Shown here piece by piece: positions 1 to 12,734 of a stretch of 33,337 nucleotides of DNA. Both the position numbers and the translations under genes were made by a program. The notes under the pieces are model-generated. The model saw nothing but the letters and a program-made list of their open reading frames with translations, made no database searches and was not told the origin of the DNA. Within the stretch, counting starts at the first letter, position 1; each line of letters starts with the position of its first letter. Source of the DNA: Macrostomum lignano (lineage: Eukaryota); NCBI GenBank assembly GCA_002269645.1, contig NIVC01001683.1, forward strand, positions 1 through 33,337, written 5' to 3'.

Positions 1-3000
1 AAGAACCAAGCTGAAATAGTGACTATATTCAAGTCCAAATAAACTACCAACGTAATACAATTAATAAATAAACAATATTAGTACTAAGCAATTATCAAAG
101 ACTATACTGACGGGCAGCGAACTGAGCAAAAGGACGTGAAAGCAAATGATAGAACAAAGGTGAAGAATACAAAATATTCATTACGATTAAAGGGCAAAGT
201 CAAAACGAGGCATCGCGAGTTTACACCATTCAAACTTTGTAATACCAAATTGTATCTGTTTTCTAATGAGTATGGCCGGTTAAATCTTGCATTAAACTGT
301 GAATTATAAATAATTTTACTATAATCTAAGTAAAATTAGTCTTTTTCGCTCCTCTAAAAGACAAAATATGTCCTTTTCAGCGATAATTTTTTGGCGGAAA
401 TTCAACCACGTTGAACACGTGTGAAAAAAATTCTATATAATTTACAAATAAGGGCTAAAAATGTATGAATTAATGTAGTTGGTGAAAGTTTTAAGTTAAT
501 TTGCATTAAATGCATGCATGAGTAATGCTTTATTTGTATAAACCTTACTGTAGTTCGAATATTCTTCGTTTTGGTAGTAAACATTGATTATGACATCCCA
601 CCTATATGCTCATATGAGAATATGTTAAAAACTAATCTAAATTGATGTATCCAATTGGATTATTCACTTTTACATTTTAGAAAATAATTTAGCACAAAAT
701 CGATGCTTTTTATTGAAAAAGCCTAATATATTACTTATTGTATAACCATTCTATAACAATATAAAAATACTTTTTAATAGTTAGAGAGCACAAAGTGATT
801 TTCTCCAGTAGTCTGTTGCATCAAAATGAATAATTTCCAGCTTTTAGAATTGAAATATGTTATTACACACCTATCAAGCTTGAAGCATTTTTTTTCTTTA
901 CTAAATGGTACTCTTTGTTGGCTCTTAAATGCCATAAATGTTAGTTTTTGTCATGATTTTTTTCTCCGGAAGCCCACTGTGTGGAGCATGTACAATGAAA
1001 AGCTTAGATATTTCCTCAAGGCACTGCAAAGAACCCTATAAAGAAGCATTTTTTTGGCTTTGCAGCAGGGACAACCTAATATAATTTTATTGCCATTTAA
1101 TGTATATTTTGTAATGAATTAGGCTTTATTTATTTTTAATGATAGTTATTCTGCTTATTTCATACTGAATAATTTGAGGTAAATTTTGTAAAAATTACTT
1201 TAAACATCTTTTTATTGACCATCACTTAAAATTTTTTATGACTAGCAATTCTAGTCTAAGATCACCAGATTAATCAGATTTCACTTACTAACACCAAATA
1301 ATCAGGTCTGATTGACTTTAAATTTACTTTAAATTCATTGGTCTGCTTAACTGACATCAGATTTACCTAGGATCAATAATTTTGGGGCATCATGAAGGTT
1401 ATAGCATTGTAACAGACTATGTAATCATGCTTAAATAACTTGGAACTCATAATTTAATATCTTGAAATCTGCATGGTGCTAGAATCCTATTGGAATAGAA
1501 AGAAGACAGCAAAAAATACAGACAAAGTGTTCACTCATTATCTCTCTAATAATAAAATGTTCATCTCCACAGATGTACCTTTCAGCTGTTTGGAAACGGA
1601 ATGAAAATAAAAATCGCTACAAATCGCTACACGCAGCAACAACTTGTGTCAACATAATTGACAACCATTGTAGAGAACCCCACCTCTTATGTTCGGCGGG
1701 TAGTCGATCAGAATCCAGTCTGGCGCATCGCTGCAAGTTGGACTCTGTCACTCAGCTTTGTTCGACACAAGCAGATTTTGAGCACAGTCTGGCAGTATGC
1801 TGCACTTCAGTTTCAGCAGGGCCAATCTGAGCTGCTCGAGCAGAGTTTGAGAACACGCGCAGTATGTGCTTCCTTATTTTCACTTTTACGTTGCAATTTG
1901 GCCTCTTTTGTATCGACTTTTCTGCGTTCGCTCTGGCATGAGAGTACGAGCCCTCTTCAGCGTGGTAGCGTTGTAATGTTCTAGCTTTGAAAGCTAGGAT
2001 GCTTTTATTTTTACTATAGCATACTCCTTATATAACTAATAAGTGCTTTTTAAGCTCAACCAGCTATGTACCTGTGATGTGTGGCTGCCAGCAGCCACGT
2101 ATTAGTTTATGGGTATATGCTTGGCTTACAGACCCACAATTGATAGACTGCAGGAACAAGCGCGAAACGATTGACGAGCTCTTGCTTAATTTCAACAAAT
2201 ATACGAGTAAACGAGCCTACGATTTAAAACACGACTTCCCAAACACATTGATCGGATAATAAAAAGTTTTATTAATAAAGCAGCATCAGCTCAAATATTT
2301 TAATCTATGGCCATGGACGTATAGAGCAGTCTGCACAGACCAGAACAGAAAATCAATATGGCTACCTCAAGAAGGGTAAAAAAGATATCTGGGTGGGGGG
2401 CATGGTTATGATCCTATCCAAACAGTTTCAATACAAATGTGAATCTCACAGAGCTCTAAATGAAGCTCTTAATGCCTCTTGATTTAGTGAAAAAGATGAA
2501 CAGGCAACAGAAATAGGTTTTAGAATTTTTAGGCACAAGTAATAAATTCCTGAAGCAGAAGTTTTATTAACTTAAATGCAAAACAAGATTTTTGGTATAG
2601 CCACTAGGCCCATACAATAAAACACACTATAAAACATAAGGTTCTAAAAAGGTGTGTCTTGTGGTCTGAGAGAAAATGTAGGCCACATAGCCACCAGAAT
2701 CTTGGGTGCCAGAATCCAAAAGTAGCAGCGCAGCACCTGAACCAGTTGTGGGCAGAAGTGGCCTGCTAGGTGCAGGAGTCGCCAACATTGCAACAGGTTG
2801 CTCAGACAGATCAGGTTGGTTCATGGAGAAAGCACTAGACTCACTCAACCAAATGTAAAGGTAACATATAGCAAGTCCACCAGTTTCATTGTTTAAGTAA
2901 GGCCTCAGGTTTAGAGCTCAGAATGAAAGGCATATCATAAAATGCAGCTGAGAAGATCTCCCAAAGAAGTCCTGGCATGGCATGAATTAAAGTGAAAAAC

Positions 3001-5005
3001 ATTTAACATATTTTACTTACATTTAAGTCTAAAAAACTTCTACTAAAGCAAGTTAAGAATTTATTGGTATATTAAATATACAATAGTATAAAAGGAAACA
3101 CTCCTGCTAGGCATTTAAAGCCAGTTTGTAAACAATAAAATATATAATAAAATATTGCTATTTTCTAATTTTTTAAAAAGCAAATATATCAGGTTTTGCA
3201 TTTTTAACTTTTAACATGTTCTAAGTTCTTAAAGCTCATAATGTGAGTTTTAAATGAAATAAATGTAACAAATAATGCAAATGAAAACATATTGCAATTA
3301 TACATTTTAAAGAATAGTGCAAGTCACATTTTATATAGCTTTTTACATTGCAAATTATATGAAACTATAAAGTTAAAGTTTAAAAAAAGTTATTACCTGT
3401 TTTACTTGCTACTTGTTAATTATTTAGCAATTTAAATTATATATATACTTAAAAGTGCATAGTGATGGCTATAATAAACAGTATCATTATCAGTAATCAT
3501 AAGGTAGATTATCACTTAGCTAAGGCCTAATGGCTTTTATAAAAAAGCATATATCAGTTTCGAAGTAATTCTAAGCTGTAAAGCTGTACAAAAATTTATA
3601 TTTACATTATATTTTTTATTACTACGTCATTAGCAAAAAATAAAATAGGCCTAAGACACGGACAGTTAAATATAAATAGCAATCTGAACTAGACTACAAA
3701 TTATGCCTCAGAACAAAAATATAGTTAAACAAGAGCGTGGGTGGATAAAGCTATTTTATAAAAAAACTTGATAGACACCTTTATTTGTCATTCTATTCAG
3801 TAAAATTATTTAAACCTCAGTCTCATGAGTCATTTGCCTATTCATAAGCCGTGGCTTATAAAATAAAGCATATATCTAGAATCCTCGATCGATTATTGTT
3901 CATGAATTAGATAGATAAGCAGAAAATTGATGCTAGACGTTTGCAATGCTTGAAATACAGAAGTCAGTAATCAATATCTAAATCTCATATTTAATTCAAT
4001 CCAAAAAAGTTTGCTGATATTTCACATCCGTAAAAAGAACCAGGCCAAACATCAATAATAAATAAAGTACTTATTAACATGAAACTGATAACTAAATTAA
4101 CGAGAGTATTTCAGAACACAAACAGGCGCGACGTAAACAAAGTAAGCAGTTTAACAAAATCCAGCCTAATATTTATTTTAAAAATATCTATTGCAATATT
4201 TACCTAATTTTTTTCAGATAAAAACTACTTTTACGGGTTTGTATAAAACATTTATTTTTATAATACTTTATTTAGTTTCTGATTCTGCGTCCGTACAGTT
4301 CCGTAAAAGTAAAGATTAACAAATGGGTAGGAAATTTATTAAGAGGTGTATTTTGTGCTTTAAAAATGTTTTTTTGAGACCACTTAACGGAAATATAAAA
4401 AATTGTATAAAAAATTACCAATTGAAACAACAAATTTTTTTCTACATTTTCTGACTCCCCAGTTTTGACTTTAACCGTAAATGTGGTAATTGCGAGCGAA
4501 GTTAAAACGGTGCCTAGGCGTTCAGGTTGAGTTGGAAGAAGTATAGGCGACGTTTTTTTAATCTTAGACCGGTTTTAGAAATTGAATTAATTCTTAATTG
4601 TAATTTGACTATCATTTACCTAGATTATTTTTAAATTTAGTCTGCTTAACATTTGTTTTACTAAGGACGTTAAAATGGCAGTTTAAGTCATTTTAAGTCA
4701 CTCGAACGCACCCATTGAAGGCTTAAACTATTTGAGACTGAGAACTTTTTATTAAAAAATTTTCATTGCACCATAATATTCATGGCTATTTTAATTACTT
4801 TTACTGAATTTAACAGCCAAGTACGCATTTTTTCATATCTTTATTTTGTTTAAATCTTACGTTGCATTCCATTTGCGCCAACAACACCATTTTTAAATGA
4901 ATTATAAAGCTTCTTTTTAAAACTTGTGATTTATTTGTGATTGTATCTGGTATTTACCATAGCTTTTATTTCTTCATTCATTTCTTTCCAAACGACATAA
5001 GTCAA

Positions 5006-5059
5006 ATGGACAGCAAACCGGCATTGGGACGTGACTCGACTATGGCTGCGACTGCCAAG
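5006..5059 (+). CDS. Small basic repeat protein, exon 1 (MDSKPALGRDSTMAATAK)
   Basis: ATG at 5006, 54 nt, followed by a phase-0 GTTAGT donor at 5060. Joins in frame to exon 2. Confidence 0.75.
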
Positions 5060-5606
5060 GTTAGTTTCGGTTGGGTTTCTACCTTTGATCAAAGTACAGG
5101 TTATTTCTTAAGTTTATAATCATGTCAGTCATTTTTCATTTCTTGGGTTTACATAGCCTAATTGTGCTGGCAATCAAATAAGTAGCTTAAGTGTTGGTAA
5201 AGACAGTAAGTAAAACTAAAAAAATTAATAAATAAAATCGCTATATAAAATTGTCATAAGGAACAGTGGACACAAATAAAATAGTTAAAGGAGACTCTAG
5301 GGAAGTAAGAGCTTATGTGGTTTAAAATATAAAGTTAAAACTGATATACAAGTATTACTATCCTTAACATAAAGAGTGCATATCGTGTTGCAATATATTT
5401 TTTAACTTAAGGCATAGCATCATTCTGTTTTTTTAGCTTATTAAGTAGCATTAATTATATTATTGTCAGTTTGATACTGAATATTTTGTTAATATTAATA
5501 AGAATAGTATTAACAATTATAATTTAATGCTAATAATTTTACTAATAATAAAATTTTATTAATAATAATGACTTATTAAAAATGGTCAAATCATTTTCCT
5601 TTCTAG

Positions 5607-5747
5607 GTAGCCAAGCAAATCCTTGGGAAGGAGGCAAACAAGCTTGGCGACACCAGGGCTACTACAAACATAATCAAGAAGACCAAACTGAAACGCGCCT
5701 CTACTGTACAGAAGGTAGCTGATGAAGCCAAAGCTTTTCTTGGCCAG
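5607..5747 (+). CDS. Small basic repeat protein, exon 2 (VAKQILGKEANKLGDTRATTNIIKKTKLKRASTVQKVADEAKAFLGQ)
   Basis: TTTTCCTTTCTAG acceptor ending 5606 and GTGAG donor at 5748. 141 nt, open, phase 0 at both ends. Confidence 0.8.
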
Positions 5748-6055
5748 GTGAGCTATTATACAATTTCAATTTGAATTTTTAGTATCCTTTTTAGAAAAGT
5801 CAAAAACATATTTCAGACCAGGGCATTCCTAATATTGTACATTGTCAACGCTAAAATGTCAAAAATAGTGCATCAGCACCAACCAACACAACTTCATGTA
5901 GCATTCCAGTCAAGCCCACTCCAGTCAAGCCCACTGTTTAATGTACAATACATTCACAACACCAAGCAGCCTCGCTAGTGTACATTCTCAAAGCCAATCA
6001 ATCCTACCCCACTAATGTACATCCCTCCAAACAAACCGACCCCCCTCTCCCCCAG

Positions 6056-6199
6056 GAGGTGTCGGTGAACGCCGGTCGGAAGCTGCGCACCCGCAAGCCT
6101 CGCCCGGCTGCCCCCGCCAAGCCGACGCCGAAACGAGCGGGCACCATGAAGACCACCGCTAAGGAGGGCAGGGCCTTCCTCAAGTCGGCCGCAAAGTGA
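6056..6199 (+). CDS. Small basic repeat protein, exon 3 (EVSVNAG...KRAGTMKTTAKEGRAFLKSAAK*)
   Basis: C-rich CCCCTCTCCCCCAG acceptor ending 6055, GC-rich codons, TGA at 6197-6199 and AATAAA at 6379-6384. Spliced product is 112 aa, Lys/Arg/Ala-rich. Confidence 0.8.
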   Translation, partial: EVSVNAGRKLRTRKPRPAAPAKPTPKRAGTMKTTAKEGRAFLKSAAK

Positions 6200-7036
6200 T
6201 GCCCTCTTGGTCGGCTACTCAGCTTCAAATGCTCTGTTGAGCAGAACAAAACTCATTTTGACAATATACGAGTAAAAACAAGTTAAGCGGGTATATTTCT
6301 TTTTCGCTTGCCCGAGCTTTGAGTAATTCATCCTTATTGCTCCTTCATCTTCTTAGGCAGCAGCCATTTTTTCTCTCGAATAAAATTCACCATCTCGAAT
6401 TTTTTTCAACGAATATCTCTCGATGTTATAATTGTGCCTTGTTATTGTTGCATAAGCCTAATAAGCTACTTTGTTGCTAACTAGCTATATTACTTAAAAG
6501 TAGGAATTTTCTAAATTTAGTTTCTTTTCGAAATTGTTGTGTTTTTTTGTTTATTTTCATTCCTTTATGATTTTAAAAGCATGCTTCACTTTGAATTATA
6601 AAAACAAAAAAATCAATTGTTGTTGCGTGATAGAATTATCAAATCTAGTTTTTTGTTGTTTCTTTGAAGTTTTTTGAAGCAAATCTTGTTGCTTTTCGTT
6701 TGATTATTTCTGCACTGAAGTTAATTGGAAATCATTCTGGCAACATATTCTAACTGTGCTTTTTCTTGCAGCTTAACTAAGAAAGGACTTTTCATTAATA
6801 TTTAATCTTTACACGCTTTGAAGTGACTTAGTTTGACAGAAAAACTTGGCACCTATTTATTACTTATAATAAATTTCAATTCATATTTACCACGCATCTT
6901 TAGACTCGTAAATCAATAAGTTAATTTACAATTTATTAATTGCTTAGATTTTTTCCTTTAATGTAATTGAGGATGACGCTGTAATTTGAGAATGATGCCA
7001 TGTGAGACAACTCGGAATGTCGCACAGCCCATTTTT

Positions 7037-7764
7037 GTATCCTGTGAGGACGATGCTGTGTCAGACAGACCTCAGTCTGGTATCCTGTGAGGACGATGCT
7101 GTGTCAGACAGACCTCAGTCTGGTATCCTGTGAGGACGATGCTGTGTCAGACAGACCTCAGTCTGGTATCCTGTGAGGACGATGCTGTGTCAGACAGACC
7201 TCAGTCTGGTATCCTGTGAGGACGATGCTGTGTCAGACAGACCTCAGTCTGGTATCCTGTGAGGACGATGCTGTGTCAGACAGACCTCAGTCTGGTATCC
7301 TGTGAGGACGATGCTGTGTCAGACAGACCTCAGTCTGGTATCCTGTGAGGACGATGCTGTGTCAGACAGACCTCAGTCTGGTATCCTGTGAGGACGATGC
7401 TGTGTCAGACAGACCTCAGTCTGGTATCCTGTGAGGACGATGCTGTGTCAGACAGACCTCAGTCTGGTATCCTGTGAGGACGATGCTGTGTCAGACAGAC
7501 CTCGGTCTGGTATCCTGTGAGGACGATGCTGTGTCAGACAGACCTCGGTCTGGTATCCTGTGAGGACGATGCTGTGTCAGACAGACCTCAGTCTGGTATC
7601 CTGTGAGGACGATGCTGTGTCAGACAGACCTCAGTCTGGTATCCTGTGAGGACGATGCTGTGTCAGACAGACCTCAGTCTGGTATCCTGTGAGGACGATG
7701 CTGTGTCAGACAGACCTCAGTCTGGTATCCTGTGAGGACGATGCTGTGTCAGACAGAACTCAGT
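7037..7764. repeat. 43-bp minisatellite, about 17 copies (GTATCCTGTGAGGACGATGCTGTGTCAGACAGACCTCAGTCTG)
   Basis: Unit starts at 7037, 7080, 7123 and onward. Copies are near-identical, with no spacers. Confidence 0.97.
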
Positions 7765-8260
7765 TTGTGTCACAGTATTTTGTGCTCAAAACGTAGGCCT
7801 TTCTAAAGCAGCTGCTGCACACTCGTAGATGCCACTGTAGACGAAACAGCTTAAACCCCGATTAAAATACGCGAATTTCATATGAATGACTTCGTGTCAC
7901 GCAGAAAGAAAACAAATTAAGAACAAATTTTAATCTCTAGCAAGTGACTCGCTTGATAATTTCAACAACTAAAATGATTTTTCTTGGCTAGTTTCCATGA
8001 CTCAGTTCGATGCAAACAGCCACTGCTGCGAAGAACAGAAACCCCCACTTTGCATATCTTTCTTCTTTCTCAGCTATAGTCGCGATAAAATTAGCGAGCT
8101 TGGTGCAAGCAACTCTTCGTTGGCAAACGTAGGCCACAAAAAGTGTCCTTTTTGAACTCTTAAGTTTATAAAGTCCTGAGAGAAGGCTGAAAAACAATTT
8201 CAGGCAAAATAGTTTCTCAACACGCTCTCAACAGTAAAGGTTTGTTTAGCAGTTTATTTG

Positions 8261-8616
8261 ATGTCGTCGAAGGGATTGATCTTTGGCCTGCTGCTCCAGC
8301 TGCTCCTTCTGTGCAGCAGCTGCTTCGGCGCAGGGCAGCAGCGGCAGACTCCTGAGCTGAACCAAGCAGCAATTCGAGCTGTCCTCGAAGCCGCCATGCG
8401 CTGTCAGAACCTGCCGCAGGTGCACACAGCCGTGGTACACGCAGGCATTCACCTTTACAGCTTCCGGCTGCAGCTGCACTCGAACGGTTCGGTGACTGAC
8501 ATCCCCGAGGACTCCGTGCTGCTGCCGCTGGCCTCAATCAGCAAGGGAATGTTCTCTACAGCGCTGCCCTTCGTTCAGAAACAGCTGCAGGCCGACAGGA
8601 ACGATCCCAATTTTGA
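8261..8616 (+). CDS. Serine beta-lactamase/PBP-family hydrolase, exon 1 (signal peptide, SxxK motif LASISK)
   Basis: ATG 8261; hydrophobic leader MSSKGLIFGLLLQLLLLCSSCFGA; AVVHAG strand; S-I-S-K catalytic motif; phase-2 GA|GTGAGT donor at 8617. Confidence 0.88.
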
Positions 8617-8693
8617 GTGAGTGTCGGCTTCATGAACTAATTAAAAGTTAATTAAAATTTGGATTTTTCTCGACTACCTATTCTCTGACGCAC

Positions 8694-9065
8694 CTACCGA
8701 TAGCCAAGCTTCTCTCAGACACATCTACCGATAGCCAAACTTATCTCAGACACATCTACCGATAGCCAAACTTATCTCAGACACATCTACCGATAGCCAA
8801 ACTTATCTCAGACACATCTACCGATAGCCAAACTTATCTCAGACACATCTACCGATAGCCAAACTTATCTCAGACACATCTACCGATAGCCAAACTTATC
8901 TCAGACACATCTACCGATAGCCAAACTTATCTCAGACACATCTACCGATAGCCAAACTTATCTCAGACACATCTACCGATAGCCAAACTTATCTCAGACA
9001 CATCTACCGATAGCCAAACTTATCTCAGACACATCTACCGATAGCCAAGCTTCGCTAAGACAAAC
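8694..9065. repeat. 31-bp intronic minisatellite, about 12 copies (CTACCGATAGCCAAACTTATCTCAGACACAT)
   Basis: Unit starts at 8694, 8725, 8756 through 9035. Confidence 0.95.
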
Positions 9066-9166
9066 CTACTGTAAATATAGACCGATTGTAATATTACTCA
9101 ACTTTAAATAAACTTAAATGAGAGTAAAGTATTCAAATCTATACATTCAATACTCCAAATTCGCAG

Positions 9167-9610
9167 TCTCCTGACAACCCCCATCAAGCAGCTGCTTGGT
9201 GACAGCGACTTCTGGTTCTTAGATCACGTGCGCACCGACGAGGTGACAATCGAGGACCTGACCAGCCACACAACGGGTCTAAGCAGGCACGACGCTCTGT
9301 CCCTCTGGTCCGGCATCAAGACAAAGGCGGAGCTCGCTGAACTCACCGGGCGGTTTAACGCTACGGGCACTTTCAGAGGCTCGTTCATCTACAATAACCT
9401 GGTGTGGACCATCGCGGATCTGACTGTTGAACGCCTCACTGGCATGAATTTCACGGCCTATATGCGCAAGTTTCTGTGGCAACCGCTGGGCATGAACGGC
9501 GCGGTTGGCAGCTCTGAGGTGGACGCGCGCGGCCTGGTCGCCAAGCTGTTCCGGTCGTCGAAGCACTTCGGCTCAGGACCGGTGCCATTTGAACGCACCG
9601 ATTTGGAGAG
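9167..9610 (+). CDS. Serine beta-lactamase/PBP-family hydrolase, exon 2 (TIEDLTSHTTGL, YxN motif FIYNN)
   Basis: TCGCAG acceptor ending 9166 completes GA+T (Asp). Family motifs VTIEDLTSHTTGL, FIYNN and LWQPLGM are present. Phase-2 AG|GTTGGA donor at 9611. Confidence 0.9.
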
Positions 9611-9921
9611 GTTGGAGTCGATATTTTTACAACTTTCCGCTGTATTGTTGACAAACACGCTCAGAGGGGTTCATTATGTATAACCCTGCACTTGGAATTA
9701 GACTGCTGATGACCTTAATTGTGCGTTTCAAACACCGTCTACCGAACAGTAGCAAGAAAAGAATGAAGTGAATCCCTCATAGTGTTTAAAAAAATCGCAC
9801 TGATAATGAAGTAGAAATTTTAACGTGTATCCACAAGGTTTGAAGACCAATTCACCCGGTCCATAATCTCGTTATGCACGTTACGTCACAGTTTTACTGG
9901 CTGTTCTGTTTTTCCTTTCAG

Positions 9922-10178
9922 AACCTTGGACATTGTGGAGGCCGCAGGTGGCATCTACGCTCCACTAGGCGACATGGTGAAGTACATGCAGCACCACACC
10001 GCCGCAAACTATTCGAGTTTCCTGCCGCCGCCGCCGCCATTCAAGTCTGTCAACGGGTTCAATGCTGGACCAGCGTTCGATCCGCGGCTGCTGAACTACT
10101 CGAATGTCAGGCTGGCTGACCTGCCCGACATCGACACCGAGTCCTATGGGCACGGCTGGAGCCGCCAGTGGTACAGGG
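9922..10178 (+). CDS. Serine beta-lactamase/PBP-family hydrolase, exon 3 (AAGGIYAPLGDMVKYM ... YGHGW)
   Basis: TTTTTCCTTTCAG acceptor ending 9921 (AG+A=Arg). AAGGIY and YGHGW family motifs are present. Phase-1 G|GTGAG donor at 10179. Confidence 0.9.
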
Positions 10179-10203
10179 GTGAGCACTGAGGCACTGCTTT
10201 TAC

Positions 10204-10560
10204 AGATTCCAGCAGAAACAATTTCAGATGGATCCCTACAGTTCCCTTTCAGGTTCCTTTCAGGTTCCTTTCAGGTTCCTTTCAAATCCTTTCAAATCCT
10301 TTTAGATCCCTTCAGATTCCTTCAGATCCCTTCAGCTTCCTTTAGATTCTTTAGATCCCTTCAGATCCTTTCAGCTACCTTCAGCTCTCTTCAGTTCCCT
10401 TCAGCTCTCTTCAGCTCCCTTCAACTCCGTTCAGCTCCTTTCAACTTTCAGCTTTCAGCTTTCAGCTTTCAGCTTTCAGCTTTCAGCTTCCTTTAGCTCC
10501 CTTCAGATCCCTTCAAACCCCCTTCAGATCTCTTCGGATCCCTACAGATCCCTACAGCTT
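10204..10560. repeat. Degenerate pyrimidine-rich approx. 6-10 bp repeat (CCTTCAGAT/TTTCAGC) in intron 3
   Basis: Dozens of TTCAG/TTCAA-centred units, ending in a (TTTCAGC)-type run. Confidence 0.9.
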
Positions 10561-10582
10561 CCATCTCCCACCTGCACTGCAG

Positions 10583-10880
10583 ACAGTCTGTCCTACGAGC
10601 ACTCCGGCTCCGTGTTTGACGCCAACTGCCACCTGCGGGTACTACCGAAGCGCCGCCTCTCTGTGTTCGCCCACACCAGCCTGGGCCGGTCCGACTCGCC
10701 CTCACAGTCCGCCTACGCCAACATTGTCAGCCAGTACATCACGGACCTGCTGTTGCAGAATTCCTCATATGTAACCCAGGAGAATGTGTGCTCGCTGCTC
10801 AGAGATAACTCTGCCGAACCGCCAATTGTTGTACCGAGACGGTTGCTGAGCCAGGCTGATTTGCAGACCTGCGTTGGAAG
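10583..10880 (+). CDS. Serine beta-lactamase/PBP-family hydrolase, exon 4 (HSG motif)
   Basis: CTGCAG acceptor ending 10582 (G+AC=Asp) gives SLSYEHSGS...LRVLPKRRLSVFAHTS. HSG is the position-equivalent of the KTG/HTG third motif. Phase-2 AG|GTGGGC donor at 10881. Confidence 0.85.
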
Positions 10881-10930
10881 GTGGGCTGTTAAATTTATTG
10901 GATCAGGTGTAGAATTGTTTAAAGCTTCTT

Positions 10931-11632
10931 GAGTTGACTTACAGGATTTGAAGCACCATGAATTGACCTACAGTATTTTGAGCATCATGAGTTGACTCAC
11001 AGGACTTGAAGCATCATGAGCTGACTCACAGGACTTGAAGCATCATGAGTTGACTCACAGGACTTGAAGCATCATGAGTTGACTTACAGGACTTGAAGCA
11101 TCATGAGTTGACTTACAGGACTTGAAGCGTCATGAGTTGACTCACAGGACTTGAAGCGTCATGAGTTGACTCACAGGACTTGAAGCATCATGAGTTGACT
11201 CACAGGACTTGAAGCATCATGAGTTGACTCACAGGACTTGAAGCATCATGAGTTGACTTACAGGACTTGAAGCGTCATGAGTTGACTCACAGGACTTGAA
11301 GCATCATGAGTTGACTCACAGGACTTGAAGCATCATGAGTTGACTTACAGGACTTGAAGCGTCATGAGTTGACTCACAGGACTTGAAGCATCATGAGTTG
11401 ACTTACAGGACTTGAAGCGTCATGAGTTGACTCACAGGACTTGAAGCGTCATGAGTTGACTCACAGGACTTGAAGCATCGTGAGTTGACTCACAGGACTT
11501 GAAACATCATGAGTTGACTTACAGGACTTGAAGCATCATGAGTTGACTTACAGGACTTGAAGCGTCATGAGTTGACTCACAGGACTTGAAGCACCATGAG
11601 TTGACTTACAGGACTTGAAGCGTCATGAGTTG
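10931..11632. repeat. 29-bp minisatellite, about 24 copies (GAGTTGACTCACAGGACTTGAAGCATCAT)
   Basis: Period 29 (10931, 10960, 10989, 11018 and onward) with recurring T/C and A/G variants. Confidence 0.96.
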
Positions 11633-11765
11633 ATAAGTCTATAAACTTTCGAAACCATTTTGAGCTGAACGAATCGCTGTAGCTGGAAATTATCTTTGTC
11701 CAGTTTTTGCTTTAAAAACAGAAAAAATGTGAATTTGTATTCTTCCAAGGTTTGCTTTCTCGGGA

Positions 11766-11836
11766 GGGGTGTAGCCCAGTGGTCTGGCGCGGCGCTCTGA
11801 TGTACCAGCGGCCCAGGCTCGATTCCAAGTGCAAGT
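11766..11836 (+). other. tRNA-derived (SINE head-like) fragment
   Basis: A-box-like TAGCCCAGTGG (11772-11782) and B-box-like GGCTCGATTCC (11816-11826). No convincing full cloverleaf. Confidence 0.4.
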
Positions 11837-12734
11837 CACATTAATCTAAATATACTAAATCTCTAAGGTTTTCTTCTAAATATACTAAATCTCTAAGGTT
11901 TGTATGTTTGAATGCTTGTCCATAACGCTCTAGAGACTGCAATTCTCGACCGATTTTGATCGCGTTTTCGCCAAAAGATTCGTAATCAGCCTGGGATTGT
12001 ATGGTTAAAATTTCTTGTATCTGCTTCAATGCTAAAGGGATTAAATATTCGAAAAACGGTTTTAAATGGGCAAATTCAATGTATTTTTTATCAAACTGCT
12101 CGCAGCGATAGAATTCACAGCCAATTTTAATGATTGCGCCAGAGCCAACTGATCAGAAAACTCAGTGAGCCCCACTGCCCAGATAATTACTTTATTTAAA
12201 TTGCGCAACCATACCAGGGGTCAAAAATAAAATTACTCTGAATGCTGGGCATATTCTAAAACTCTAATCTATGTCCATGTAAAACGCTCTACAGACTGCA
12301 ATTCTTGACCAATTTTGATCGCGTTTTCGCCAAAACATTCAAAATTGTCTGAAAAGAAGACAGTTAAAATTTCTTGTAGGTGCTTTAATGTTAAAGGTAT
12401 TAAATATTCGAAAAACGAGCTTTTCGAATGCTTTTAATAAAAGGCCAAGCAAGGTTGAATTCTTGACTGGCTGAATTTTCATTCTAATTATAATTGCGCC
12501 ACAACTGCGTTCTGCATATTCTCGCTATAAACTGACTCTGAGCTTTTTAGGTGGACGCAGTGTGCCAAGAATTGCGCAAGCATTTAACTGCTCAGTGGCT
12601 GTGTGTGCATTCTTCTGACCCTGGCTGAATGGCTCCGTCAGAACCAAACCTGAGCACACTGAGCATGCCTAACACTGCTATGTATTTGACTGCAATGTCG
12701 AAGCATATATGGCTGATTTTTGCGCCCTTCCATC

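Noticed and set aside
2627-2848. 73-aa minus-strand ORF
   Set aside because: Mildly GC-elevated, but starts at a non-ATG codon, has no clear splice boundaries and no recognisable motif.
7037-7764. CRISPR array
   Set aside because: Units are contiguous with no unique spacers, there are no cas genes, and the context is eukaryotic.
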